Source: Octopus bimaculoides
Lineage: Eukaryota
NCBI RefSeq assembly: GCF_001194135.2
Contig: NC_068993.1
Coordinates: 34,914,734-34,949,243, forward strand
Length of the DNA stretch: 34,510 nt
Direction of reading: 5' to 3'
Part shown: positions 10,865 through 23,543 of the stretch, piece by piece
Layout: every line of letters begins with the position of its first letter
Position numbering within the stretch: position 1 is the stretch's first letter
Notes under the pieces: model-generated
Databases searched by the model: none
Told to the model about the DNA's origin: nothing
The model's input: the letters and a program-made list of their open reading frames with translations, nothing else
Program-made: the position numbers and the translations under genes

Positions 10865-11826
10865 CGAGATGGTATAAAACGTTTCCGGACTAGTTCTATA
10901 GTACGCCTACAGATGACAACACACGGTTACGTGCACAGTGAAAGCTAGCAGTGGCTTGGCATACTGACATCGCTGTGTTTACTTCGTAAGTTGTAAAATT
11001 TGTGTTTCTGTGATCACGTAGATGCTGTAGTCTGCGATTTTTGTCATGGACAGGAAGTTGGAACAAAGAGCCAACGGGAAATTTTGCGTTAAACTGAGGA
11101 CGTCTGCTACAGAGACATTGAGCATTCTTTGGGAAGATTACGGTGACGAGGCAATGGGTCGAACGCAATGTTTCGAGTGGCGCGGACGACGACCGTTGGG
11201 ACTACGGGTACGACCATTAAACAAGGCAACAGTTGTCACAAAGAAAAAGCGTTTCATCTCCACGACTGAAGAAGGCTGACAGTGCCACGGCTGAATCAAA
11301 AACATGTTCGTCATATTTTTCGATAGCCGCGGTATCGTGCATCGAGAATTCGCCCCCCAGGGTCTGACTGTCAGTCATAAGTTTTGCTGCGAGGTTTTGA
11401 AGTGTTTGAGGGAAGACATTCGGCAAAAGTGACCGGATCTGTGGAGCGCGAGGAATTGGATTCTTCACGATGACAATGCGCCCTGTCACTCGTGGGTTTC
11501 TCGCCAAAAAAACAAAGTGTCGCTTCCGCACCCACCCTATTCACTAGATTTAGCACCTGCGGACTTCGATCGCTTCCCCAAGATGAAAAAGCAGCTGAAA
11601 GGTCACCATTTTAGCACCGCTGTCGAGATCCAGAGCGAATCACAGAAGGTCTTCGACTCGCTTACGGAAACCGACTTCCAGGCCGGATTCCACAAGTGGC
11701 AGGAACACTGGGACCGGTGTATTGCTGTGCAAAGTGACTATTTCGAAGGAGATGATACTAAAACTTTGGTAAATAATTTATATTTTATTAAACATAACTA
11801 GTCCGGGAACTTTTTGTTACAAAATA
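10865..11826 (+). mobile_element. Tc1/mariner (mariner-type) DNA transposon, internally deleted and frameshifted
   Basis: The N-terminus MDRKLEQRANGKFCVKL...AMGRTQCFEW starts at 11046. Catalytic-region remnants are (DET)WxYGYD, FFDSRGIVH and WILHDDNAPCH. The C-terminus reads PHPPYSLDLAPADF...WDRCI...YFEGD (YSPDLAP motif). TIR cores are AAAACGTTTCCGGACTAGTT (10876-10895) and AACTAGTCCGGGAACTTTTT (11796-11815), with TA at 10863-10864. Confidence 0.92.
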
Positions 11827-12470
11827 TAGGTATATATATGTAGGTATACATACATGTATGTATGAATGTATGTATGTATGCATGTATGTATGTGTGCTTC
11901 TATTATCAACATCAACATAACCACCAACAAGAACAATGATGTATCGTATGAAGTAGAAAAGCGAATCCGTTTCAATTACAAAATAACATAATGTCGTGTC
12001 CTAGTGTGTCTTTCATCTTAGGTGAATGAGGATTGATGTGAGACTGAGCAGCCACAATAGTACAATTTGCAAGAACAGCATAATCGCCACAATACCAACA
12101 ATATCATCCTACCATCACTAACATCTAAACCAATGTAACCCACAGCATCATCACTATCAACCCACTAACTTTTGAATCCAACTCGACAGGCTAACACGCG
12201 TGTGCATGAGTGTGTATGTATAAGTGTGTGTGAGTGGGTGTGTGTATGAATGTTTGAGCTTATGTGTGTGTGTGTTTATTTCTTAAGTAAGAAGTGCAAG
12301 GAGTAAATTGCTTATAAAATCTGGTAACCCTTCAGCTAAATGTAATAATATAATACTTTCTCTTCCTCATTCCACCTTTTCATCTCCTTTTCATTATTGA
12401 ATCAATAGGAATAAAACAATCTTCTGCTCTCACAAATCAGATCTTTCCTATGGCAAGATGTTTTACTACA

Positions 12471-12680
12471 CAAGGCGGAAACGTTAGCACGCCGAGTGAA
12501 ATGCTTAGCGGTATTCTGTCTGTCTTTACGTTCTGAGTTCAAATTTCGCCGAGGTCGACTTTACCTTTCATCATTTCTGGGTCGATAAATTAAGTACTGG
12601 TTGTGTGCTGGGGTCGATCTAATCGACTGGACACCTCCCCCAAAATTTCGGGCCTTGTGCCTAGAATAGAAAAGAATATT
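12471..12680 (+). mobile_element. tRNA-type SINE with near-perfect 10-bp target-site duplication
   Basis: B-box-like GAGTTCAAATT and central GGTCGACTTTACCTTTCATCATTTCTGGGTCGATAAATTAAGTAC. Flanked by TTTTACTACA (12461-12470) and TTTTACTATA (12681-12690). A second copy lies at 43-220. Confidence 0.85.
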
Positions 12681-13722
12681 TTTTACTATATATTCGTTGT
12701 GGATAATTAATCCCCACTGCTGTTGGATTTGCCTTCAATTTAAAATGTTTGCAAAGAAGCTATCAAGTGGAACTGAAGCTAGCAATGCGAAAAGCAACTG
12801 TAAAGGGATTACATTGGATATTGAATTTAATGTTTAAAAAAGAAAATTGATGTGAAAGTAAAACTAAGTTATATTGCCAAAACATTAAACCTTACAATGT
12901 CTGCAGTGGAAACAAAACGTGACAGCAGAAATAAAATCATGTTGAGCGCTCAAGTATCAACTCCATTAACTCTCCAGACTTTATTTTCCTTAGATTTAAT
13001 GTAATGCTTAAAAAACAACGACTCTTGTTGATCGAGGTTCAGGACCGAGGATCAGAATCAGTATAATGTGCCGATAAATACGATGATAATTTTTATAAAA
13101 AAAAAAAAGACAGACGTTTATATAACAATTTGTAGAAAAAGGAAGGTGAAACATCTAATGAAAACTTTTTTTGATTAGTAAAAGCCGGTTTGAAAGGTTT
13201 AAGAAGTACATGAATTTACGCAACATAAACATGACTGGTGAAAAAAAAGATTATCTACTTCCAATGGAAGTCAATCTCACCCCTGTGTGATAAAAAAGTG
13301 GACTTGTCGAACTTTTATAAAGAGTAACGTTATTGTTTGAGACGACAGAGGTCGTTATGGAGTCTCGAGTTAACAGTAGTAGAAGTACGACGTGTGAAGA
13401 CATTGCTTTACATCTGCTTCGTTAAATCAGATATCCAAACGCAAGGATATAAAAGTATATGTTCCTATTATGTAGTTATTTAAAATAACGATAGTATCAA
13501 GTGGCCAGCATGGGAAGAAAAACCTTATAAGTAATAATTATTATTAAAATTATAATTAAGGGTATCTATAAGATACGACCATGCTAGAGATGGCAGTCGT
13601 AGCCTGACTCCCAAATCACATCAAGTATTCATACAGTACGAGATGAAAAGACAAATAGACAAATAAACTAGCGAATGACTGGATAACGCCAGTCCGGATT
13701 TCTGGTTCTGTATATATATATA

Positions 13723-13723
<1 letters not shown>

Positions 13724-13762
<39 letters not shown>

Positions 13763-14113
13763 TGTATTTATATACTATATTTTGGTATATCTCACTGAAG
13801 AGGTAAAGCATATTTTTATACAGAAGTGGAAACCTGGGTCTGGGATTATCCAGTAATTTGCTANNNNNNNNNNNNNNNNNNNNNNNNNNNNNNNNNNNNN
13901 NNNNNNNNNNNNNNNNNNNNNNNNNNNNNNNNNNNNNNNNNNNNNNNNNNNNNNNNNNNNNNNNNNNNNNNNNNNNNNNNNNNNNNNNNNNNNNNNNNNN
14001 NNNNNNNNNNNNNNNNNNNNNNNNNNNNNNNNNNNNNNNNNNNNNNNNNNNNNNNNNNNNNNNNNNNNNNNNNNNNNNNNNNNNNNNNNNNNNNNNNNNN
14101 NNNNNNNNNNNNN
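13724..14113. repeat. (GT)n tract at about 13724-13765 and assembly gap N13864-14113
   Basis: Seen directly. Confidence 0.9.
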
Positions 14114-14444
14114 AGGCAAAATTGTGTTGAGTTTGAAATATTGTTATTCAGAAACATTTGAAAAGATTTTAAGTCAACATATTCATTTGTAAAGATAGAG
14201 CTTTCAGGACTACATCCATTTCAGAGACAATCTTTTTTGAAGAGGAGCAGGTTAGAGCAAGCTATGTATTTTAAGGTTTAACATGTAAAACACTTTTTAT
14301 TTCATGACGTTCTCTTTATTGACTGTAATCACAAATCTGACTTCGTTTTATACTTCTGATTCTTATTCTAAAATGAAGTAATCTTGGGACTGTGACAGAA
14401 TGTGCTAATGTTCAAGCTAACAAGAAGGTACTATTCTCTCAGTT

Positions 14445-14534
14445 TCTGTCTGTCTGTCTGTCTCTGTCTCTGTCTCTCTCTGTGTCTCTCTCTGCCCCTC
14501 TCCTTCCTTCTTTTCTATACCCCTNNNNNNNNNN

Positions 14535-14575
<41 letters not shown>
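14445..14575. repeat. (CTGT)/(CT) tract, gap N14525-14534, (TA)n
   Basis: Seen directly. Confidence 0.9.
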
Positions 14576-14577
<2 letters not shown>

Positions 14578-14859
14578 ATCTCAACAACATGTTGAAAATA
14601 TTGCTTCACTTTACTGTTGCTGAGGCTTGACTTTCTTTTTCTTTGTGAATGCTTTCCAAATGATAATATTCTGAGACAAAATGAATTATGAGGCTCTCTC
14701 TCCCTATATACATTAATCACTGATAAATATACTATTTATGTGTGAAGTATTTTAAAGGTTTTGTCATCATTAGCATTATCATAATCATGACCAGATTAAT
14801 CATCAACATTATCGAATTCATTGACATCGTTTTCATTATCATCAATATCTCTATCAACT

Positions 14860-15002
14860 TCAATAAAGATAGTGACATCATCATCATTATCATCTTCATC
14901 ATCATCATCATCATCATCATCTTCTTCTTCTTCTTCTTCTTCTTCTTCTTCTTCTTCTTCTTCTTCTTCTTCTTCTTCTTCTTCTTCTTCTTCTTCTTCT
15001 TC
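14860..15002. repeat. Compound trinucleotide microsatellite (ATC)n to (CTT)n
   Basis: TCA repeats to about 14920, then pure CTT repeats at 14921-15002; explains the poly-K, poly-F and poly-S ORFs. Confidence 0.97.
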
Positions 15003-16035
15003 ATTGGATTCTTACAGAGATTTCTAACACAATCTCAGGTCAACCAAACCTTTGTAAATTAATTTTAATCCACAGAAACTATATAGAAGCCCATTAAAGA
15101 GTTCCTCTCGCATTGATGATAGCAGCCTTTTAATCTGTTCCTAAGTTCAATGCCACTACCTGGCCTTTGCATGCATTTAGCATTGACCTCTTTATAGCAA
15201 TCATTTAAGCCACAGATTCAGATTGGAGAAAATATCCTCCTTTCTTGCCATCTGTCAATAATGCTCTGAAAAAGAACCACAGGTGCTACCCTTCATTTTC
15301 TGACTAAACCATCAAACTGAACTGATTCTAACCTTCAATAAACGTTTTCACTTGATTTACTTCAGTTCCATCTACACTGAAGTTTTGTTTGCTTACTTAT
15401 TACATGTATTTTTAATATTTTATAGTTTATATATTTTATATTTTTATATTGCTTTATTTGTTTTTGAAGACTTAGAAATTATAAGTGAATGAGTCCAGCA
15501 TACTGTAAGACCATTGGGCGTCTATAGAAGACACTACTGCATCCCCCGCTACACCAATGGTAGAAATGGGTAAACGGTCTGAGCTCAGCAGCCTTGGAAG
15601 GCAACAAGACTACACGGACAACTTAGAGCATAAACCCTCCAACCTGTGAGTATTTGTGAAGAAGCACAGGATAAGAGTCGTCTCTTACAGTAAGTCAGAT
15701 CAGACGAGAACTCGAGTAACACCAACCTAATTTAACAAAAGAGAGAATGAGTGATTGTTTCTGATACCCATGACACTCAGTCGTGATAATGAGAATAATC
15801 ATTCATTTTTCATACACAGGTACAAGACCAACATCTTGCCGACGCTGATGGTCAAGAACATCTTATAATCCACACTAATTTACGGGCAGAAACAACAAAT
15901 TCTTGCGACTAGCAGACTTGTACCATACATTGTATAATATTAAGGAACCTGTATCATTTTTACTAATGTAAAGGAGTTTCTTTTTCATTTAATTATTCTT
16001 TTACCGTTTTAGGTGTTTCAATTATTTGTAAACCT

Positions 16036-16128
16036 AGTACTTATTCTATTGGTCTCTTTTGCCCAACCGCTAAGTTACGGGGCATACTAACATCTGTTGT
16101 CAAGCGATGGCAGGTGGAACAGACACAG

Positions 16129-16159
<31 letters not shown>

Positions 16160-16412
16160 TTTATTCTATCGGTTCCTTTTTCCCAACCGCTAAGTTACGG
16201 GGACATACGCACCAGCATCGGTTGTCAAGCGATGGCAGGTGGAACAAACAGACACACACACACACACAAATTCATTCAGTTTCCGTCTACCAAATGCACT
16301 CACAAGGCTTGTTTGGCCCGAAGCTATACAAGATACTTGTCCAAGGTGCCATGCAGTAGAACTGAATACGAAACCATGTGGTTGGGAAGCAAGCTTCTTA
16401 CCACATAGCCAT
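16036..16412 (-). mobile_element. SINE (family of 1113-1517) with an internal tandem duplication of about 115 bp
   Basis: The unit TTATTCTAT.GGT...CCCAACCGCTAAGTTACGGGG...TTGTCAAGCGATGGCAGGTGGAACA...(CA)n occurs at 16041-16160 and again at 16161-16270. The head AACCATGTGGTTGGGAAGCAAGCTTCTTACCACATAGCCA ends at about 16412. Confidence 0.85.
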
Positions 16413-17869
16413 ATTTGTTTAATTTAGAAGTAATCACCCCTGGTTTCGAAAAATCAGTAAAAAAAATGAGGCATTGGAACCAAACATTATGAAAAATCAA
16501 TGCAGTACTTGTACATAGGTTGGTTACTTTTCTCTAGTTATTAGTATTATGTAACATTATTCAAATATGTCAGTTAGTCACATGCCACCTACTACTGGTA
16601 CCTTGTGACACTATTCATATATACCAGTTAGGTCACATGTATTATTGGTACCATGTAATCCATTACAAGTGTCTCGTACTTGGATGGTTGGTGACGAAAC
16701 TGAACAGTTTAACACAGTTTACTACATGAGAAAGGCCTTTTGGAACTCAAGGGGACTAGAAACAAAACATTTCAAAGTTTGGTGGAACCACTCACAGAAG
16801 ATCCAACAGCCAATTACACGAAGAGAGGAGATTGGAACCACTCTACCAGATTACTTATTAAAATATTACATGATGATGAAGCAAAATTAATGTACCACAT
16901 TAGATTAGCTAGCACCCGTTGGTTAATGATCAGAAAAGATGGAAGGAATTAAATCTTTTACTAGTCATCTACACTCCTCCTCTCCCACAAGGGGATAGAT
17001 TTTGATTGAATGAATAATATTCTTATTCAGATTGGCATAATATTCGCGATTTATGTAAATAGCAAAAATTTCACATACAGTACATTATTTAATTGTATTC
17101 AACAGTTGTTTCATTAAGATAAATACCATCAAATTCATATAATTACATAATTGTGATACAAGATCAGTTCTAATCGAATTAAGTCAAATTAATTTTAAAA
17201 CTATTTACACAAATCATCAGGAATGCTATGTTAACCAGAGAGCTGTTACTGGTTGAAATACAATAAAACAGAGAAAGGAAAATACAAAAAGAAACACTTT
17301 TCAGATTAACATAACATTCCCGATTATTTGGGTAAACACCATTTTTAAATTGGACTTGAATTTAATTGAAATTAATTATATAATTATATATTTGGTGATA
17401 TCAATCTTAATGAAAAGCAATTGAATACAATTGACGTATGAACAGTATGTGAAATTTATGCTTTTCTACTTTATGCTAAGTATGTTACACTGAAAGATTG
17501 TTTTAGTTGATCTTGTATATGCATGCAAGTTGGTCCAATTTGGATTTAGTGCAATGTAATAACTTGTCAGAATTTATTGACCTGCTATTACTTGAGCTCT
17601 TAATTATCATAGATTTATACTTTGGTGCTTATTCATCACTTCTTTATATGATATATATGAAATTAAAAAGAAATTAACTATCACTCACAAGTACGAATGC
17701 AAGTACCATCAGGTATCTTGTATCATTCTTTCATTAATTGCTTTAGCCGCCTTTAAGTAGACATGGAGACTCTACCAATGCCTTCCACATTTGACTCAGA
17801 CGAACATCTAGGAGGTGACAGCTGACGGGTGAAGTAGCTTCCTGAAGTCATGAGAAATGATGTGCACAA

Positions 17870-17950
17870 GGACAGAATGCATTCCTAGTCCAGGAATTAA
17901 ACCCAGAATCTTTTGATTGAGAACTCATCACTCAAATCATTAGACCATAC
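17870..17950 (-). mobile_element. Probable SINE head fragment
   Basis: CCAGGAATTAAACCCAGAATCTTTTGATTG...CATTAGACCA resembles the antisense A/B boxes of a tRNA-like head. Confidence 0.35.
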
Positions 17951-17984
17951 GATTTCATACAAGAAAATATATAGGAAAATACTC

Positions 17985-18130
17985 AGGTGCAAACATAGCT
18001 CTGTGGTCAAGAAGCTTGCTTTGGTATGACATGGGTTTTGATTTCAGTCGCACTGTGCATCACCATGGAGAGGTATTTTTTACTATAGCGTTGGGTCAAC
18101 AAATGCCTTCTGAGTGAATGTGAAGAAAAC
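17985..18130 (+). mobile_element. SINE 5' half (family of 1113-1517)
   Basis: CATAGCTCTGTGGTCAAGAAGCTTGCTT...CAGTCGCACTGTGCATCACC...TACTATAGC...GCCTTCTGAGTG matches the reverse complement of 16290-16412. Confidence 0.7.
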
Positions 18131-18287
18131 TGTAAATCTTTCTGTAAAATTACTTAAGTATAAAGTATAAAGGGGATTGTTTAAAAAATTATTTTTTAAA
18201 AAAAGTTATAAAATCTTTTATCAGGATGTTACTAACCTTTTTTGAAAGAAGTATTTCTCTTAGTGTGTGAGCGTTTTCAATATATAT

Positions 18288-21200
18288 ATGTATGTCATTA
18301 TTCAATTTATTTCAAGATTTCTTGCCAATAAAGAAGGAACCGGTTTCTAAACTAGATCCAAGTTTCCTTCATTGGAATTTCAACATCAACAACATGGTAT
18401 TTTTGTATGCATGCATGGATGCATGCATGGATGTGCAGATTTGTTTGTTTTATGTACGTATTCTCATGCATAAAATTACATATCTACACATGCTCATATA
18501 TATTTAAATGATAAACTTCTGGAAAGTTTTACAAATTTTTACAGTTCCAGTGATGGATTAGATCTATGGTCTTCGAATTATCTTTCTCCTTTCTGGTTTT
18601 GAGAAGCCTAATTTCTCAAGATTGGCATTTAGGCAGTGTGTTATATATCCCAGGGTCCCAGAAATTACAGGTATAAACCTGAACTTGTAATCTGGATAGA
18701 GTAACTGCAGATTTCTCAATAGTTCAGCATAGGTATTCTCTTTTTCACTGATCTTCAACTTTATGTTAACATTCGCTGGGCAGCTAATTTCCACAACTGT
18801 GCACAGTTACTCTTCTCTATCCCAAATCCTTATATCAGGTCTGTCGTACTTACATTTTATTAAGGTTTTCACTGGTACATTCCACCAGTATTCCTTTTTA
18901 TTATGAGTGGCTATGGCGTCTACCATATTGTGGGTTCTTATTTCTTTGTTCTCGGGATTATCCTTCCGACAGATTTCATTATAGAGGGTCGTAGCTACAA
19001 CGTCCTGTCTCATCGGTAGATAATACCGTGATGACATTTTCGGACAACTGCTAATGATGTGGGTGATATCTTCAGTGTGAACTCCACAAAGTCTGCATCG
19101 GCTGTCATATTTTACGGCTTTTTTTTCACATCTCTATCCCTTTTGTTCATCAGGTACTTGGCTGATATTTCCTGTTCCTGGATTGCAAACGCATACTCTT
19201 CAAAGTGGGAAGTAGTAATCCGGCTATTCGTCCATGATAAACTGCTTTGATGATCGGTGTTACTATCATCACGGAGCTTTCTACTAACATATCCATGCAT
19301 GGTCTTTTGCCCATAGAGGCTCATCCTTTCATATGATGATACGTTGCGATAGAGTCGTGCAACTTCTTTTGGCATGTATTCTTGGTTATCAGACAAAGAG
19401 TGTTGTTCAAGGAGCTGCCTTCCAAAAGCCTTATGGTGTTACCAGCCTCATGAATGCAAACTTGGTCAAGGGTTGCACTTCGACGCTTAGTGGTTAAAAG
19501 ATGTTGCTGAAGGGATATGATGCGACATTCAAAAGCATTTTGAATTGATGTTAAGCCTCTGCCATCTTGTTTACGTTTTAGGTAAAGGCAGTCTACGTCA
19601 CTGCTTATGTAGAAATTATGTGTGCTTGTTAGTATCTTTCGGGTTTTCACATCAATAGCTCGGATCTCATCAAGCGTCCAATCAAGCAACCCAAATGTTG
19701 GTATGAGTACTGGCACTACAAACACATTGTGGGCCACTGTTTTATTGAATGTTGAGTGTTCTGAGGTCCAAATTTTCTTTATTCAGCTGTAATATTCTTT
19801 AGTGACACACATGTTTTGTTACAGGTGCCATTTTAAGATATATTTTCATCCACCCCTAGATACCTGTAACATTCCTCATCAGATACAGGGGAAACAGTCA
19901 AATCATTGATGGAGATGTTCATAGTCTGGTTTATAGTCTTCCCCCTTTTCACAACCATATAACATTTTTCCTGACCAAACTCCAACCCTACATCCTTTCA
20001 GAATGTTGTAACTAGGTCAAGGCTCTTTTTCATCTCATGCACATTCTTTGCATAAAGTTTTTTAAGTCACCCACAAAGAAACTGTGTAATTTTGATATTT
20101 TTGTTTCCTTGTGAACCAGTGATATATCCTTCAGACTTCCCTAACATGAATGAAAAGGGCTTTTACAGAAAGTATAAACAACATCACAGAGAGGCTGTCT
20201 CCTTGGAATATGCCTTTGCAATATTATATTCTATCGGTGATAATACAGTCACTCTTTGAGTTTAATTTCAAGATGGAGTCCCACGATGAAGTCACGTCAG
20301 CTATGGCTTTGACTATTCTCGTAAGAACTTTAGCAAGTTGAAGGGCTTCTAGCAACAGTGAGTGGGGAACAGAGTCAAAGGCTTTCTTGTAATTTAACCA
20401 CATTGAAACTAGGTTCCTCCTATGTTCTCGCACCTCTGACATCACAGTTTTGTTGATTAGCAATTGTTCGGCACATCCCCAGATTCCCTTCTTCCCATCT
20501 GCTTGTTCTGTTGTGATAATGTTGTTGATTTCACAATAGTCTTGAAGGAAGAGGTTTAAAGATGATGTATATATCTTATACATTAAGTTCTGGTATGCAA
20601 TTGGCCGGTAGTTTTTTGCCATGTTGGTAGTTCTGCATTTGGGGATCAATTTGGTCTCTGCCAGAGCTAGCCAATGTGGCATGCTATTGTTGCCAATGAA
20701 AGCTTGCTGGTACAGACTGATACGATGTTGTCGATAGAATGTTAGCTTCTTGTACCAAAATCCAACAATCAAGTCTCTTCCAGGTACTTTTCAGGCCTGG
20801 AGTTTCTGGATCACAGTTGCAAGAGTTTCACCATAAATGTTGTATGTCTTAGATGTAACGAAGGAGCAATAACCTTTTCGGATTTCTTCCAGCCACAGAG
20901 CATCTTGTTTAAATTCCTTCTCTTCACTCCAGATTTTCCTCCAGAAGGAGTCTATGTTTTTTCGTGAAGGAGCTTCCGTGATATTTATTGCTCCTCTTCT
21001 CACGTCTCTGTATTCTGTTTCCTGGTTGCGGTTAAATTTTTTGTTTATTGTTCTTCTCTCTGTTATTCTCTTCTTATGTCGGAGTTTTTCACTGACAGCT
21101 TTTAAGCTCCTGCTTTAGGGTAATCAGTTTGCAAATGATTGTCCCCTTTTTGCAGTCTCCCAATATCATCTCTATATTTTCTGTTGGTGGGACGTATAAT

Positions 21201-21590
21201 GATTTGCTTGTAAGCATGCAATACAATATCATTACATCACTGATGGTCTTCCGCAAACCAGATATCTGTTTCTCTGTCTTCAAAACCCATGATGGTACTT
21301 TCTTTATTATTTCGGTTTTGTTTACTTTTTGAATATCATTCATGTACTGTTTTACAGTAGTAGCCAGAGCATATAGACAGGCGTTAATCTGCCAGAATGT
21401 GGGTTCATCACACTGTTGTAAATACTCATCACCAATTTCGTTAACAGCTTTTAATACTGTATCTGATGGGTTTTTTTACTTACTCTGGCAGAAAATACTC
21501 CCTCATCGAGACAATACTTCAAAGCCAAAGTTATTTTTTTCTCGGAAAATTTCAGTAAGGGCACATTTCACCGGCATATAATCCTCACTG

Positions 21591-21633
<43 letters not shown>

Positions 21634-22360
21634 AATAATCGTTTCGATTGTGCTTACTATTTACCATAGTTGTAGTAGGGACAGTGGTCAGTTACTTGAG
21701 CCAGTTATGTAGTTTGGCTGGCAGGCACTATGGAATCTATTGGAATATCGCAAGCTGCGAAACCACGTGGTGGTCTTATATGATTCACTATTTCGTTTTT
21801 GTTTATAGGGTTGGGAAGAAGGTTAATTTTCGATTTTTTAATAAAGTTACAGTTACTAACTTTCTTTCTATGTTCTACAAATGTTGCTTGTTGGCGTAGT
21901 TGCTTCGGAGTAAAATGATTTAATTCTGGATGCAGATCGTCCCGATAAGATTTCAATCGATTCATATAGCCAACAGCGGGGTTTTGTTTCGCTTTTTCGT
22001 AGCAGTTAAGTAGATCATTATTCAGTTCATAACTCCAAGAGAAATGAGTTTTGTAGTTACGGTTTCTTCTATGACTACAGCTAGAAAGAATTTGTTGAGC
22101 TGTTGTTTTCGGTCTGTTCCTCGATAGTGTTGTTGTTGATGTTGTGTGTAACCATGTTGTTTGTTGTAACTCTCTGCATGCTAAATTCAAGTTTCAGTTC
22201 AAAATAACTACAATCGTGAATAAAAGCCTCCCTCAATTAATTCATCTGAAGATTAACCATTTATTTAACAAGGCTGATAGTTGTGGATCCAAAGCTGGAG
22301 ATAGTATTCATCGTATTTTCGATAAATACTCTCCCACGCCGAATACGCGATTTGTTGCTT
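18288..22360 (-). mobile_element. Near-full-length R4/Dong-clade non-LTR retrotransposon (single ORF: N-terminal domain, RT, CCHC, restriction-like endonuclease), inactivated by stops and frameshifts
   Basis: Ordered minus-strand motifs: WSYELNNDLLNCYEKA...GYMNRLK (about 21950-22050); PSWVLKTEKQISGLRKTIS; APSRKNIDSFWRKIW. RT: LIPK...NYRPIA...EQ..G...GCAEQLLI...W..YKKAFDSVPHS, then KDVGLEFGQEKC and YRYLG. After the RT: FGLLDW...D.KTRK...LYLKRKQDGRGL and AIQEQEI. CCHC: CRLCGVHTEDITHIISSC at 19044-19097. RLE: RPDIRIWDREE...VEISCP. The termini are approximate. Confidence 0.88.
21591..21633. repeat. (CTA)n microsatellite, about 14 units, inside the Dong-like ORF
   Basis: Seen directly. Confidence 0.97.
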
Positions 22361-22443
22361 CGTATAAATGAATGAATGTATCTATTCAAGTATATATACA
22401 CAAACGTGTAGATATGTATATATGCATGTATATATATGCATAA

Positions 22444-22505
<62 letters not shown>

Positions 22506-22542
22506 NNNNNNNNNNNNNNNNNNNNNNNNNNNNNNNNNNNNN

Positions 22543-22609
<67 letters not shown>
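22444..22609. repeat. (TA)n, gap N22506-22542, (CA)n, (TA)n
   Basis: Seen directly. Confidence 0.95.
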
Positions 22610-23132
22610 AACGGCAATTTCTGTCTGTCACCATCTTAGTACCTAAACCAGCGAACCAATATTTACGAAACTTTGCATACATGTTACACTAACATCCAGT
22701 TCAATAATAGGCCAATTGGATTTCAAATAAAATCTGTAATGTATCCCCCAGAAGCATTGGGCGAATTATATGATACAATGAGAAGGTTGCAAACAGTATT
22801 AGTCGGAGGGAAAGGTAGTAATAAAGAGAGGGTAACTTATGTCAGTGAAGGCGAGAACAGCAGTGCAATGAGATGTTACCGTTAATATAGTTGTCATATA
22901 CACTCGACGCTGCATATATACTTTCGTAAATACAGAGATACAACACACACAAACACACAGAAAGGTGGGTGTGAGGAATACGTAGCTTTAAAGAGAGACG
23001 GGCTAGGTGTCGTTTCTGCTGTCCATCGCAAAGAAATAGACATACATACATATATATATATATATACGTACATAATACATATATTATACACCATCATAAA
23101 CTCGTGATTACGTGTGTGTACGGCTTAAAATT

Positions 23133-23133
<1 letters not shown>

Positions 23134-23212
<79 letters not shown>
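23134..23212. repeat. (GT)n microsatellite
   Basis: Seen directly. Confidence 0.97.
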
Positions 23213-23543
23213 ACGTCCTACAACTGTCTGTCTCTCTGCTTTCGTAGTGTCTTCCTTGTTGCTATCACATATTGTGAGATTTTCAAATTGTGTCAAAATT
23301 TTCAAACTTGGTATATTGAAATAATTTTCCACGTTAAATCCGATTTTGTTATTTATTTGTTCATAACATCCAGTTGTATTATAGGCGAATCTGATTTAAA
23401 TAAAAATCTTTAATTGGCCCCCTATGGCTGGGGGCTGTAGCCCATATTTACTAATCAGTTACGATAAGCTACGACACGTGACAACGCCAGCTACAATAAG
23501 CGGACTATTTGTTAATGTATTTGTAAATCTAGCTAATTATCTA

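Noticed and set aside
15819-15924. Possible small MITE with 10-bp TIRs (GGTACAAGAC / GACTTGTACC)
   Set aside because: The TIR is short with one mismatch, there is no clear TSD, and there is no second copy in the window.
16740-16952. 70-aa protein-like ORF (ELKGTRNKTFQSLVEPLTEDP...)
   Set aside because: It starts at TTG, has no recognisable motif and no convincing splice sites; the length is compatible with chance.
18330-18380. Minus-strand CCAATGAAGG...GAAACCGGT in the Dong 3' UTR, hammerhead-like with a palindromic stem III
   Set aside because: The core is CCAAUGA rather than CUGANGA, and stem I cannot form.
22290-22360. HDV-like ribozyme at the Dong 5' end
   Set aside because: P3/L3-like and P4-like hairpins are adjacent, with no P1 3' strand or P1.1 between them, so the HDV topology cannot be built.
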